Below, piece after piece: positions 40,870 to 50,275 of a stretch of 64,000 bases of DNA. This stretch comes from Candidatus Eiseniibacteriota bacterium (GTDB lineage: Bacteria > Eisenbacteria > RBG-16-71-46), in NCBI GenBank assembly GCA_963717935.1, contig CAVQXP010000004.1, positions 960,001 to 1,024,000 on the forward strand, read 5' to 3'. Numbering within the stretch: position 1 is the first letter of the stretch; each line of letters begins with the position of its first letter. The notes beneath the pieces were generated by a model that was given only the letters and a program-made list of their open reading frames with translations, had not been told where the DNA came from and did not search any database. The position numbers were made by a program, and so were the translations under genes.

Positions 40870-42068
40870 TGCGGCGCGCGCTCGCGGTCCTGGCCCTGTT
40901 CGTCGCGGCCGGCGGGTTCGCCGGCTGCGGCGGGAACTTCGCGCTGCCCACGGAGAGCCGCGACAAGGTCATCCCCAGCGACAAGAGCTACCAGATGGTG
41001 GCCACCTGGACCGAGATGAACGGCGTCCGCGACATCCTGCTGACGCAGGGGACGGGCACGCAGCTCTTCGTGCTCTTCAACCACGGCGGCACGGGCACGG
41101 CCTCGCGCGGCGAGGTGCTGGCCTATGCGCGCCTCAAGCCCACCGGACCGCAGACACCGCTCCCGGACATCGGGTTCCAGGGGCTCTTCAACCCGGTCGC
41201 GGTGTGCGCGGGCGGCGACGGCGCGGGCCGGTCGGCCAACCGCATCTTCATCCTGGACCAGGGCGACACCACCCTGGCGCGGGTCAACCCCCTGACGCAC
41301 ATCTACGGCGACCCGACCGGGATCGGCACCCCCGAGATGGGGAAGTGGTTGCTGAACGACGTCTCCGACTTCGGCCTCTACTGCCGCGTGCGCGAGTACG
41401 GCCTGCTCGGCGGGGACACGATCAGCACCTTCATCGACACGACGATGGCCATCGTGAACGGCATCGCGGCCGACGCCCAGGGGCGCGTGTACGTCTCCGG
41501 CGCCTCGATCGTCTTCGTGCGCGACGTCCTGAATCCGGTCTTCAGGGAGCGCACGCTCCTGTGGCGCGTCAACCGCTACCTGCGCGGGCCGCGCTACCCG
41601 GGGGTCTACGACTACTTCATGCCCGGTTCCAGCTGGCACCTCGACACGACCTGGGTGGTGAACGGCGGCAGCGGCGTCGGCACGGTTCGGGACCCGCGTG
41701 GCATCTTCTGGGGGCCCTACGGCGGCGGGGCGGTCTACGCCGCGGATTTCGGCAAGAACTGGGTCCAGAAGCTGAGCGACCTCTTCCCGAGCACGGGCTT
41801 CTTCGCCATCGACCAGGCCGGTTCGGCGCTGGTCGAGCCGCTGGACGTCACGGCCGACCCGCAGGGCTTCATCTACCTCACGGACACCGGCAACCAGCGT
41901 GTCCTGCGCTTCGACGGCACGGGTGGGTTCGTCCAGAGCGTGAACGTGGAGCTGGACGCCTTCGGCCGCTCCCTGCTGAGCCCCGTCACGGTCGCGGCGG
42001 ATGACTCGCTCGTGTTCGTGGGCGACGCCGGCCTGGCCGAGGTGATCCGCTACAAGAGGCGGCCGTGA
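40869..42068 (+). CDS. Lipoprotein with NHL/beta-propeller repeats
   Basis: Lipobox FAGC; GIAADAQGRVYV, PRGI..VYAAD, IYLTDTGNQRV, VFVGD. Confidence 0.75.
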   Translation: MRRALAVLALFVAAGGFAGCGGNFALPTESRDKVIPSDKSYQMVATWTEMNGVRDILLTQGTGTQLFVLFNHGGTGTASRGEVLAYARLKPTGPQTPLPDIGFQGLFNPVAVCAGGDGAGRSANRIFILDQGDTTLARVNPLTHIYGDPTGIGTPEMGKWLLNDVSDFGLYCRVREYGLLGGDTISTFIDTTMAIVNGIAADAQGRVYVSGASIVFVRDVLNPVFRERTLLWRVNRYLRGPRYPGVYDYFMPGSSWHLDTTWVVNGGSGVGTVRDPRGIFWGPYGGGAVYAADFGKNWVQKLSDLFPSTGFFAIDQAGSALVEPLDVTADPQGFIYLTDTGNQRVLRFDGTGGFVQSVNVELDAFGRSLLSPVTVAADDSLVFVGDAGLAEVIRYKRRP

Positions 42069-44119
42069 AGCCGTCCCTCCGGTCCGGCCTGGCTTCGGCG
42101 GCGCTGCTGCTGCTCTGTGCCCTGGCCCCGGCAGGGCCCGCGCGGGCCCAGGACGCCGTGGACCACCGTGGCCCGGCCCAGCCGGCGGCGGTCGCCGAGG
42201 TCATGGTCGACTCGATCCGCTACTCCACCAGGATCACCAACAACAACCTGGTGGGCATCACGCTCACGAACTACGGCTTCATCGGGAACAACTTCGTCTC
42301 CCGCTCGCCCTCGTTCGAATACCCGCTGGGCTCGAACAACGAGCACCTGGTGCGGGGCGGGTGGTGGATCGGGGCCCAGGCGATCGACGACCAGGGGGCG
42401 TTCACGGGCGTGTCCACCGGAGCGGTGGACGGCTCCCAGGGCAGCTCCGCGCAGGCGGCCACCGAGTACACGCCGGCGGGCCTCGAGCTCCGGGAGCGTT
42501 CCGCCCTCGCCAACAGCCCGGCCTACGACCCGACCGCCGTCAGCGAGGAGGACGTCATCGGTTTCTTCTCCGACGAGCCGGCGCGCCAGTTCAGCCCCGA
42601 GAACCACCGCCCGCTCAACCTCCTGCTGCGCCAGGAGAACTACGACTGGTCGTTCTCGGACTACGCGCACTTCAACATCTTCCACCTGGTCATCACGAAC
42701 ACGGGGCTGCCGCTGCGGAACGTCTGGGTGGGGATCTACGGCGAGCTGGCGAGCGGGACGCGGGCCGACTACAGCGTCTGGCCGCCGAGCTCGAGCTCGA
42801 GCACCACGGGCAGCTGGTTCAGGAAGAAGTGGGTCCAGTACGACGACTCGCTGCACCTCTTCCGCGAGCACTACTGCTTCAACCTGCCCGTGCCGGACGG
42901 CTGCAACCTGAGCCACGTGCCGGAGTGGGTGGGCTACAGCGTGCTGGGCGCCAAGCAGGGCGCCGGCACGGTCTCGGTGCTCCCGGAGAAGCAGGTGACC
43001 CTGGCGGCGTGGTCCTACGACCCGGGCAGCGCGCTGCGCGACCAGGATACCGAGCGCTATGACATCATGAGTTCGGGGCTGATCCAGGACCTGGCGGAGT
43101 CCCCCGATTTCCAGCCCTTCACGGGGGATCCCGTCGAGTTGCTCGCGGTCGGGCCGTTCGAGCAGATCGACCCGGGAGACAGCATCTCGGTGGACTTCGC
43201 CTTCGTCGGCGGCGCCGAGATCGAAGACATCCAGAAGCGCGCCAGGCTGGCCCGGCGCGCCTACGACCTCAACTACGTCGTGCCCGTGCCGCCGCCCTCG
43301 CCGCGCCTGAAGCTGGTGGCGCGCGAGCAGGCGGTGGATCTCTACTGGGATGATTCGCCCGAGAACGTCCCGGACCCGACCAGTCCCGACCCGCTCGACT
43401 TCGAGGGGTACAGGCTCTACCTCGGCGAGGACCGGCTGGATCTCAGGCGCATCGCCCAGTTCGACCTGGCGACGGCACCTCACGACAGCACCGGCTTCAA
43501 CACCGGCCTCGGCGCCTGCCGGCTGGCGGACCCGGTGACCATCGACGGCGTGCCCTACCAGTACCGCTACACGGTGCGCGGGCTGCGCGACGGCTTCCGC
43601 TACTTCGCCGGGGTCACCGCCTACGACCTGGGCACCCCGGACATCGAGCCGCTCGAGAGCGGCATCTCGCAGAACAAGACCCTGGTCATCCCCGGACTGG
43701 CGCCGGGGGAGACCGTGAGCGGCGTCACGGACAAGGTCATCGTCTTCCCGAACCCCTACCGGGTCGAGGCCCGCTGGGACGTGGGGCAGAGGGTCCGCGA
43801 CCACTACCTGTGGTTCTCGAATCTTCCCGAGCGCTGCGCGCTGCGGATCTACACGCTCTCCGGGGACCTGGTCTTCGAGACCGACTTCGACGGCGGCTCG
43901 TACGCGGGGCAGGGCGCGCGTGGCGTCTACGACCCGCGCCGCGAACTGGACGTGGAGGCCCCCACGCTCTCCGGCACGAGCTACGCGTGGAACCTGATCA
44001 CCCGCGAGGGCCAGGCCGCGGCCACCGGGCTGTACCTCTACTCGATCGAGGACAAGACCGGGAAGCGGCAGCGGACCGTGGGCAAGTTCCTGATCGTGAA
44101 ATCGGACCGGGAGGAATGA
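42065..44119 (+). CDS. Secreted protein with T9SS-like C-terminal domain (paralog B of 30369..32369)
   Basis: Colinear with paralog A along its length; identical FPNPYRVEARWDVGQRVRDHYLWF and GKFLIVKSDRE. Confidence 0.82.
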   Translation: MKPSLRSGLASAALLLLCALAPAGPARAQDAVDHRGPAQPAAVAEVMVDSIRYSTRITNNNLVGITLTNYGFIGNNFVSRSPSFEYPLGSNNEHLVRGGWWIGAQAIDDQGAFTGVSTGAVDGSQGSSAQAATEYTPAGLELRERSALANSPAYDPTAVSEEDVIGFFSDEPARQFSPENHRPLNLLLRQENYDWSFSDYAHFNIFHLVITNTGLPLRNVWVGIYGELASGTRADYSVWPPSSSSSTTGSWFRKKWVQYDDSLHLFREHYCFNLPVPDGCNLSHVPEWVGYSVLGAKQGAGTVSVLPEKQVTLAAWSYDPGSALRDQDTERYDIMSSGLIQDLAESPDFQPFTGDPVELLAVGPFEQIDPGDSISVDFAFVGGAEIEDIQKRARLARRAYDLNYVVPVPPPSPRLKLVAREQAVDLYWDDSPENVPDPTSPDPLDFEGYRLYLGEDRLDLRRIAQFDLATAPHDSTGFNTGLGACRLADPVTIDGVPYQYRYTVRGLRDGFRYFAGVTAYDLGTPDIEPLESGISQNKTLVIPGLAPGETVSGVTDKVIVFPNPYRVEARWDVGQRVRDHYLWFSNLPERCALRIYTLSGDLVFETDFDGGSYAGQGARGVYDPRRELDVEAPTLSGTSYAWNLITREGQAAATGLYLYSIEDKTGKRQRTVGKFLIVKSDREE

Positions 44120-45615
44120 TGCGGCGCCTCGTCGTTGCCATCGCTCTGCTGGGCGCCCTGGCGGCGCTGCTCGCGGGCTGCGGGCCGAAGGGCACGCTGA
44201 AGCCCAACGTGCCGCCGGTGGCCAGCATCTTCATCCAGGGGCCGGTGGACACGGTCAACCACAACGTCCACCTCTACTGGTTCGGCACCGACCCCGACGG
44301 CTACGTGACGGGCTTCGACATCCGTTTCCTCAACCCGAGCGCGCCCGCCGACACGCAGTGGTCGTTCACGACCAAGACCGACTCGCTCTTCTCGATCTAC
44401 ACGCCGGCCGGATTCGCCATGCCGGCCTTCGAGGTGCGGGCCATCGACGACGGGGGCCTCAAGTCGGCCATCGCGCGCCAGGACTTCAAGTTCAGCAACC
44501 TGCCGCCCGCGGTCACGCTCCAGGACCGTTTCGGTCTCACGGACACGACCTTCGCGTCCGCCACCCTGCGATGGACGGCGAGCGACCCGGACGGGGACGG
44601 GACGAAGCTCCGCTTCCGCATCTGGCTCGACGGGGACGAGGCGAATGCCAGCCTGGCCGCGGGCTCGAGCTTCACCGTGCCGACCGCCCAGTTCCTGCAG
44701 GGCGGGCAGTTGCTCTCGGGCTACCGCCAGGCGTTCATCCAGGCAGTGGATGACGGCGGCATGCTCAGCCCGGTCGACAGCGTTCGCTGGTACGTGCGCG
44801 CCCCGGCGACGGGGGGCCACTACCCGCATTTCGGCAGGCTGCTCATCATCGACGACGTGCCCCGGCTCTTCTCCGCGAACTTCACCACGGACACGATCTA
44901 CTACAACAGCGCCGCGCGGAACCTGCTCCCCGGGGAGTACAGCATCCTCCAGATGGACTTCACGCAGCCGTTCCGCTCGGCGAAGGACCTCGAGCAGACC
45001 TTCAAGCTCTTCGACGCGGTGGTCTGGTACATCGGCGGGACGGCCGATTTCCGCACCTACGAGACCACGCTGGCGAACTACCAGGCCGGGCTCGCGGCCT
45101 ACCTGGAGGCGGGCGGCAACGTCTACCTGGACGGACAGGACCTGATCAACGGCCTGCACGCCCGCGGTCCCCTGAGCGGGGACTTCGTCTCCCAGTACCT
45201 GGGCAGCGACTTCCTGTTCCAGTACTACAGCCCGCTGGTGCAGGACTCGACCGCGGGGTGGTCGAACGCCAATCCCTCGTTCTTCGTGAGCCGCTGGGGG
45301 GACTCCCTCCGGGTGCAGCAGCTGGCCGTGGCGACCGGGTACAGCCTGGGCGGGTTCCGGGCCTTCGGGGTGAGGGACAACCAGTTCACCCTGATCAGGG
45401 CCGCTCTGGCGCCGCTGGGGTCGCTCCTGCCCTCCGGCATCCTCCCTCCGGAGGTCCCGGTCGCGGTGTCCGTGCCCCAGCCCTCGGGGGGGCGGTTCGT
45501 CCTGGTCACGTTCCCGCTGCGGGCCGCCTCCACGCCGCCCCTGACGATGCCGCAGTACTATACCGTCCACCGGTTCATGGCCAAGGTCTTCCAGGAGTTT
45601 GGCCTCGCCCCGTAA
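44116..45615 (+). CDS. Lipoprotein with two Ig/FN3-like repeats and an alpha/beta C-terminal domain
   Basis: Lipobox LAGC; W.(G/A).DPDG twice, RAIDDGG/QAVDDGG, LLIIDD, VVWY, YLEAGGNV. Confidence 0.75.
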   Translation: MMRRLVVAIALLGALAALLAGCGPKGTLKPNVPPVASIFIQGPVDTVNHNVHLYWFGTDPDGYVTGFDIRFLNPSAPADTQWSFTTKTDSLFSIYTPAGFAMPAFEVRAIDDGGLKSAIARQDFKFSNLPPAVTLQDRFGLTDTTFASATLRWTASDPDGDGTKLRFRIWLDGDEANASLAAGSSFTVPTAQFLQGGQLLSGYRQAFIQAVDDGGMLSPVDSVRWYVRAPATGGHYPHFGRLLIIDDVPRLFSANFTTDTIYYNSAARNLLPGEYSILQMDFTQPFRSAKDLEQTFKLFDAVVWYIGGTADFRTYETTLANYQAGLAAYLEAGGNVYLDGQDLINGLHARGPLSGDFVSQYLGSDFLFQYYSPLVQDSTAGWSNANPSFFVSRWGDSLRVQQLAVATGYSLGGFRAFGVRDNQFTLIRAALAPLGSLLPSGILPPEVPVAVSVPQPSGGRFVLVTFPLRAASTPPLTMPQYYTVHRFMAKVFQEFGLAP

Positions 45616-45646
45616 GTGGTTGAGTCCTGCGGTCTAGCACCCCCGG

Positions 45647-45679
45647 ACGCCCGGGCCCGCTCGAAGCGGGCTCGGGCGT
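45647..45679 (+). terminator. Hairpin after the TBDR operon
   Basis: ACGCCCGGGCCCGCT-CGA-AGCGGGCTCGGGCGT followed by a T-richer tract. Confidence 0.55.
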
Positions 45680-45694
45680 TACTCGTTTATCCGC

Positions 45695-45723
45695 TTGGGA
45701 CTTAGCCCCAGTCCTGCTACAGT
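45695..45723 (+). promoter_or_regulatory. Sigma70-type promoter with a long leader for the 45877 gene
   Basis: TTGGGA-17 nt-TACAGT with an extended TG. Confidence 0.5.
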
Positions 45724-45876
45724 TACCGCGGTCTAGGTTCGTCTCGTTCCCCGCTTTCGCGGTTCCTCGGACCGCTTAAGACTCCGGCTTGGCCGCAGGG
45801 AGGTTAACGCCCGAGTTATATCCTGTCCCCCGACCTGCTCCGTTCGGACGTCCTGCTCAACAAGGGGTGTGACATC

Positions 45877-47883
45877 ATGACTAAGGCTGCAACCTGGATT
45901 CTCAGCGCACTGCTTCTCACCGCCCTCGTGGCGATGCCGGCTCTGGCGGGGCAGTATCCGCCGACCTGCGCGGACTCGATCAGCATCTGGAACATCCAGA
46001 ACCCCGCGGCGCCCTGTCATCCGGTCGACACGGACACCGTCTGGGTCGGCATCGGTGGCGTCGTCACGGCGCTCGACACCAAGACCTCGGGCGTGGGCTT
46101 CTACATGCAGCTCTCGGGCGGGGGCCCCTACACCGGCATCAACGTGTTCACCGCGAACACGATCTGGCCCGTCGCAGTGGGCGACAGCGTCATCGTCCGG
46201 CCCTCCAAGGTGACGGAGTACGGCGGCGAGACGGAGATCGCCGCGCTCGACGGCTCCTTCGGCGCCAACCTCAAGGTCTACAAGGTCCTCGGTCCGACCG
46301 CCCTCCCGCCGTTCTACGAGGGGACCACGACCGACTTCAACACCCTGGCGACCAATACCGCCCTCGAGCCGTACGAATGCGGCCTCGGCAAGGTCCTTCC
46401 GCGCGGCGGGCCGCTGCGCGTGGCCCGGGTCTACTACGCCGCGTTCTCGGTGGTGGACAGCGCGTGCACGAGCGGTATCTGCGACTCCGTGTACGTGAAC
46501 ATCACCACGCTCCCGAACCCCAGCCTCGGCGTGCCGCCGCTCAACACCACGCTCTCGTACGTCCAGGGCATCGTGAGCCAGAGTGCCGCCGGCTACGCGA
46601 TCAAGATGCGGGACGACAACGACTGGTATCCCTCGGTGAATCCGCCGGTGGTCGCGGACGCCTACGCGATCAAGGACGACAGCGTCCGCGTCGTCTTCGA
46701 CAAGCAGGTGACCCAGGCGAGCGCCGAGGACGCGAGCAACTACTCGCTGGCGACGTTCGGGGCGACCGTGAACTCGGCCACCCTCGAGCCCAACGGCTCG
46801 TGCGTGATGCTCAACATCACGAACGGTCTCGGCCACGGCGTCAAGGAGACGGTGAACGTCAGCGGCGTGGTGGCCGTGGTCAACGGCAAGGCCATGGTGG
46901 GCATCATGTCGAGGACCTTCTGGAATGGCCTCACGCCCATCGCGGACATCCAGGCGCCGGACCCCGCGAGCCTGCTGGCGGACCCCTGCCTGGATCGCTC
47001 GCTCTTCGCGGGCCTGGGCTCTGCAGCCGGCGCCGAGAAGGTCACGTACCGCGGAGTCTGCACGGCCGCCTTCCCCGGAGGCCTCTACTACGTGCAGGAC
47101 GCCTCGAGCCCGACGCGCGCCGGCCTGGCCACCTACGCGCCGATCATCCCGCTGGTCGTGGGGCGCCAGTACCTGCTGGTCGCCAACATCCAGGAGTACT
47201 ACGAGGAGACCGAGTCGCTGTACAACGTGTACGTGCGCGACGAGGGCGTGGCGACCCCGCCGACCCCGGTCGTCCAGACCGCCGCCGTGCTGCGTGACGC
47301 GACCTGCGATGCCTCCCAGTCCATCACCAACGGAGAGGACTACGAGGGCATGCTGGTCCGGATGAACTGGGTGATGTCGCTCGCCGACACCACCGTGCCC
47401 GGCTACGGCTTCGACGTGGCCGATCCTCCGTATTCCGCCTACACGGACTCGATCCACATCCGCAACGTGCAGTCCAGCGCGGGCTGGACCTACGCGGCCG
47501 TCCCGGACATGCTCCTGGACGTCACCGGCATCCTGACCTACAGCTTCGCCACGATGCAGGTGGCACCGCGCTTCGACTCCGACTTCGTGGATCACGGGGC
47601 GCTCGACGTGCCGCCGGGGACGCTCTCGAAGGTCTCCTTCTCGGCCTACCCGAACCCGGCCCGCGTCACCAAGGTGAGCTTCGCGCTTCCGAAGCAGTCC
47701 GTCGTGGACCTCTCGGTGTACGACCTGTCGGGCCGCAAGGTCGCCTCGCTTGCCAGCGGTTCCATGCCCGCGGGACAGTACACGCGTGACTGGGACGGCG
47801 GCGGCGCCGGTGCGGGCGTCTACTTCGTCCGCCTCCGGGTCGATTCGGAGACCTACAACATCCGCACCGTCAGCCTGAAGTAG
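45877..47883 (+). CDS. Secreted protein with tandem YhcR/ExeM-type OB folds, an Ig-like domain and a type A T9SS sorting domain
   Basis: GVVTA..GFYMQ..GINVF..VAVGDSV..VTEYGGETEI; GVCTA..YYVQD..IQEYYEETE; EDYEGMLVR; V.FDKQV...SAEDASNY; AYPNP..VYDLSGRKV..GVYFVRL. Confidence 0.78.
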   Translation: MTKAATWILSALLLTALVAMPALAGQYPPTCADSISIWNIQNPAAPCHPVDTDTVWVGIGGVVTALDTKTSGVGFYMQLSGGGPYTGINVFTANTIWPVAVGDSVIVRPSKVTEYGGETEIAALDGSFGANLKVYKVLGPTALPPFYEGTTTDFNTLATNTALEPYECGLGKVLPRGGPLRVARVYYAAFSVVDSACTSGICDSVYVNITTLPNPSLGVPPLNTTLSYVQGIVSQSAAGYAIKMRDDNDWYPSVNPPVVADAYAIKDDSVRVVFDKQVTQASAEDASNYSLATFGATVNSATLEPNGSCVMLNITNGLGHGVKETVNVSGVVAVVNGKAMVGIMSRTFWNGLTPIADIQAPDPASLLADPCLDRSLFAGLGSAAGAEKVTYRGVCTAAFPGGLYYVQDASSPTRAGLATYAPIIPLVVGRQYLLVANIQEYYEETESLYNVYVRDEGVATPPTPVVQTAAVLRDATCDASQSITNGEDYEGMLVRMNWVMSLADTTVPGYGFDVADPPYSAYTDSIHIRNVQSSAGWTYAAVPDMLLDVTGILTYSFATMQVAPRFDSDFVDHGALDVPPGTLSKVSFSAYPNPARVTKVSFALPKQSVVDLSVYDLSGRKVASLASGSMPAGQYTRDWDGGGAGAGVYFVRLRVDSETYNIRTVSLK

Positions 47884-47902
47884 CGCACAGGCTTCATCCC
47901 TG

Positions 47903-47930
47903 CGGCCGGGCCTCTTCGGAGGCCCGGCCG
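47903..47930 (+). terminator. Hairpin with C(UUCG)G tetraloop
   Basis: CGGCCGGGCCTC-TTCG-GAGGCCCGGCCG, 20 nt after the stop codon. Confidence 0.7.
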
Positions 47931-48004
47931 TCGGTCTTCCGGGCGGGCGGCGCCGCGCCGGCGGGGGCACGCGTCGCGGCCGGGCGGAGTCCCCGGCCGC
48001 CTGA

Positions 48005-48034
48005 TTGCGCCTGGCTTCGGGGCGCTCCTATAAT
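48005..48034 (+). promoter_or_regulatory. Sigma70-type promoter of the E2-lipB-iscA-nadA-lipA cluster
   Basis: TTGCGC-18 nt-TATAAT. Confidence 0.65.
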
Positions 48035-48152
48035 CCGTCGCTCGTGTCGGGGTCGGCGGGCTGCGGTCCGCCGGCGCCCGTCCGTTCGCCGCTCTCCGCT
48101 GCAGGAAGACCCTGACCCCCCTGGCCCAGGCGCCCGCGCTCCCGGAGGTCCG

Positions 48153-49478
48153 ATGCCCATCTCGATCGTGGTGCCCCAACTCGGCGAGAGCGTCGCGGAG
48201 GGGACCGTCTCGAAGTGGTTGAAGCAGGTCGGCGAGCGGGTGCGCAAGGAAGAGCCGCTGGTCGAGATCCAGACCGACAAGATCAACGTCGAGCTGCCCT
48301 CGCCGGCCGAGGGGGTGCTCGAGGCGATCACGGTGCCCGAGGGCACGACCGTGCTGGTGGGCACCGTGATCGGCGTGCTGGGGAGCACGGCCGCAGACGG
48401 CGCGTCCGCCCCGGCGAGCGCGGCGTCCGTCGCCGCGGCTCCCGCGCCCGCTCCGGCCGCAGCGGCGAGTGGCGCCGGGGCGGCACCGGCGAGCGCGCCC
48501 GCCGCCTCGGAACCCGCGGGGGATTCGGCGCGCGCGGGGAACCTCTCGCCCGCGGTGCGCAGACTCATGCGCGAGCACAACGTCGCGATGTCCGAGATCG
48601 CCGCCATCCGCGGCACCGGCCTCGCCGGCCGGGTGTCGCGCGACGACCTGCTCGAGTACCTGAAGGGCCGCACCACGCCGCCCGCGGCCACGCCCGCCGG
48701 GCCGCCGCGCCCGGCCGCCACGCCGCCCGCCGCGGCCCTGCCCGGGCTCGCCCCGGCCGCGCCGGGCGGGGCGGCCGGCCCCCGCGAGGAACTCATCCCC
48801 TTCAGCAAGGTGCGCAAGCTCATCGCCGAGAACATGATCCGCGCCAAGCACACCGCCGCGCACACGCACTGCTTCGACGAGGCGGACCTGAGCGCCATCG
48901 CGGCCCTGCGCCGGGAGTGGGCGCCGAAGCTCGATGCGCAGGGCGTGCACCTCACCTACATGCCATTCTTCATCAAGGCCGCGGTGCTGGCCCTGAAGGA
49001 GTTCCCCTGGGTGAATGGCGAGGTGCGGGGCGAGACGATGGTGGTCAAGCACTACTACAACATCGGCGTCGCGGTGGGGCGCGAGGAGAAGGGGCTCATC
49101 GTCCCCAACCTCAAGGACTGCGACAGGAAGAACCTGGTGCAGCTCGCCGGCGAGGTGAACGACCTCGCGGGGCGCGCCCGCTCCGAGCGGCTCAGGCCCG
49201 ACGAGATCGCGGGGGGCACCTTCAGCATCACGAACGCCGGCGTGTACGGGGCCCTGAACTCCGCGCCCGTGATCAACGTGCCCGAGGTGGCGATCCTGGG
49301 CGTGCACAAGATCGCGGAGCGTCCCGTGGCGCGCGGCGGGCAGGTCGTGATCCGCCCCATGATGAACGTGGCGCTCGGCTTCGACCACCGCGTGGTGGAC
49401 GGCGAGCTGGCGGTGAAGTTCCTGCGCCGCGTCTGCGAGCTGCTGGAGAGGCCGGAATTGCTCTGGTTCTACGCGTGA
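48153..49478 (+). CDS. 2-oxoacid dehydrogenase E2 (dihydrolipoamide acyltransferase), one lipoyl domain
   Basis: EIQTDKI lipoyl site, LSPAVRRL..GTGLAGRVS, GGTFSITN, FDHRVVDG. Confidence 0.93.
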   Translation: MPISIVVPQLGESVAEGTVSKWLKQVGERVRKEEPLVEIQTDKINVELPSPAEGVLEAITVPEGTTVLVGTVIGVLGSTAADGASAPASAASVAAAPAPAPAAAASGAGAAPASAPAASEPAGDSARAGNLSPAVRRLMREHNVAMSEIAAIRGTGLAGRVSRDDLLEYLKGRTTPPAATPAGPPRPAATPPAAALPGLAPAAPGGAAGPREELIPFSKVRKLIAENMIRAKHTAAHTHCFDEADLSAIAALRREWAPKLDAQGVHLTYMPFFIKAAVLALKEFPWVNGEVRGETMVVKHYYNIGVAVGREEKGLIVPNLKDCDRKNLVQLAGEVNDLAGRARSERLRPDEIAGGTFSITNAGVYGALNSAPVINVPEVAILGVHKIAERPVARGGQVVIRPMMNVALGFDHRVVDGELAVKFLRRVCELLERPELLWFYA

Positions 49479-50227
49479 GCGGGATCCTCTCCGTCTGCCA
49501 TCTCGGGCCCACGCCCTATCGCGAGGGGCTCGCGCTCCAGGAAGCGCTGGTGCGGCGGCGCGCGGCGGCGCGAGACGGCGGAGCGGAGGCGACGGACTGG
49601 CTGCTCTTCCCCGATCATCCGCCGGTGCTCACCGTGGGGCGGGGCGGGAGCGAGCAGAGCCTGCGCGTGAGCCGGGAGTCCCTCGCCGCGCGCGGCGTCG
49701 AGCTGTTCGAGGTCACCCGCGGCGGCGACATGACCTGGCATGGTCCGGGGCAGCTCGTGGGCTACCCCATCGTGGACCTCGAGGCCCGCGGGCGTGACCT
49801 GCACCGCTACCTGCGGGACCTCGAGGAGGTCCTGATCCTGGCGCTCGAGCGCTGGGGCGTCGCCGCCCGGCGCGTGCCCGGCCGCACCGGGGTCTGGGCG
49901 GGGGAGGAGAAGATCGCCTCGCTCGGGATCGCGGTGCGCCACTGGGTCGGCTACCATGGGTTCGCCCTCAACGTGGCGCCGGACCTGGGGTTCTTCGAAC
50001 TCATCCATCCCTGCGGGCTGCGCGGCATCCAGATGACGTCGGTCGCCGCGAGGCTCGGGGCCGCGACCCCGCCGCCGGGCGAGGCCCGCCGCGAGGTGGC
50101 CGGGCTCCTGGCCCGCCGCCTGGGCCACGAGGAGATCCGCTGGGTGCCGGCCGAAGAGGTCCGGAACCTGGCAGCCGGCATCGAAACCAGCACGCCCGCA
50201 CACACCACGGCACACCACGCCGCCTGA
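49475..50227 (+). CDS. lipB: Lipoyl(octanoyl) transferase
   Basis: HPPVLTVG, RGGDMTWHGPGQLVGYP, KIASLG, HGFALN, PCG. Confidence 0.94.
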   Translation: MSGILSVCHLGPTPYREGLALQEALVRRRAAARDGGAEATDWLLFPDHPPVLTVGRGGSEQSLRVSRESLAARGVELFEVTRGGDMTWHGPGQLVGYPIVDLEARGRDLHRYLRDLEEVLILALERWGVAARRVPGRTGVWAGEEKIASLGIAVRHWVGYHGFALNVAPDLGFFELIHPCGLRGIQMTSVAARLGAATPPPGEARREVAGLLARRLGHEEIRWVPAEEVRNLAAGIETSTPAHTTAHHAA

Positions 50228-50275
50228 GGCGGCTTCCCGACCACCGGGGCAAAGGACCCCCGAAAAGGAGAACGC

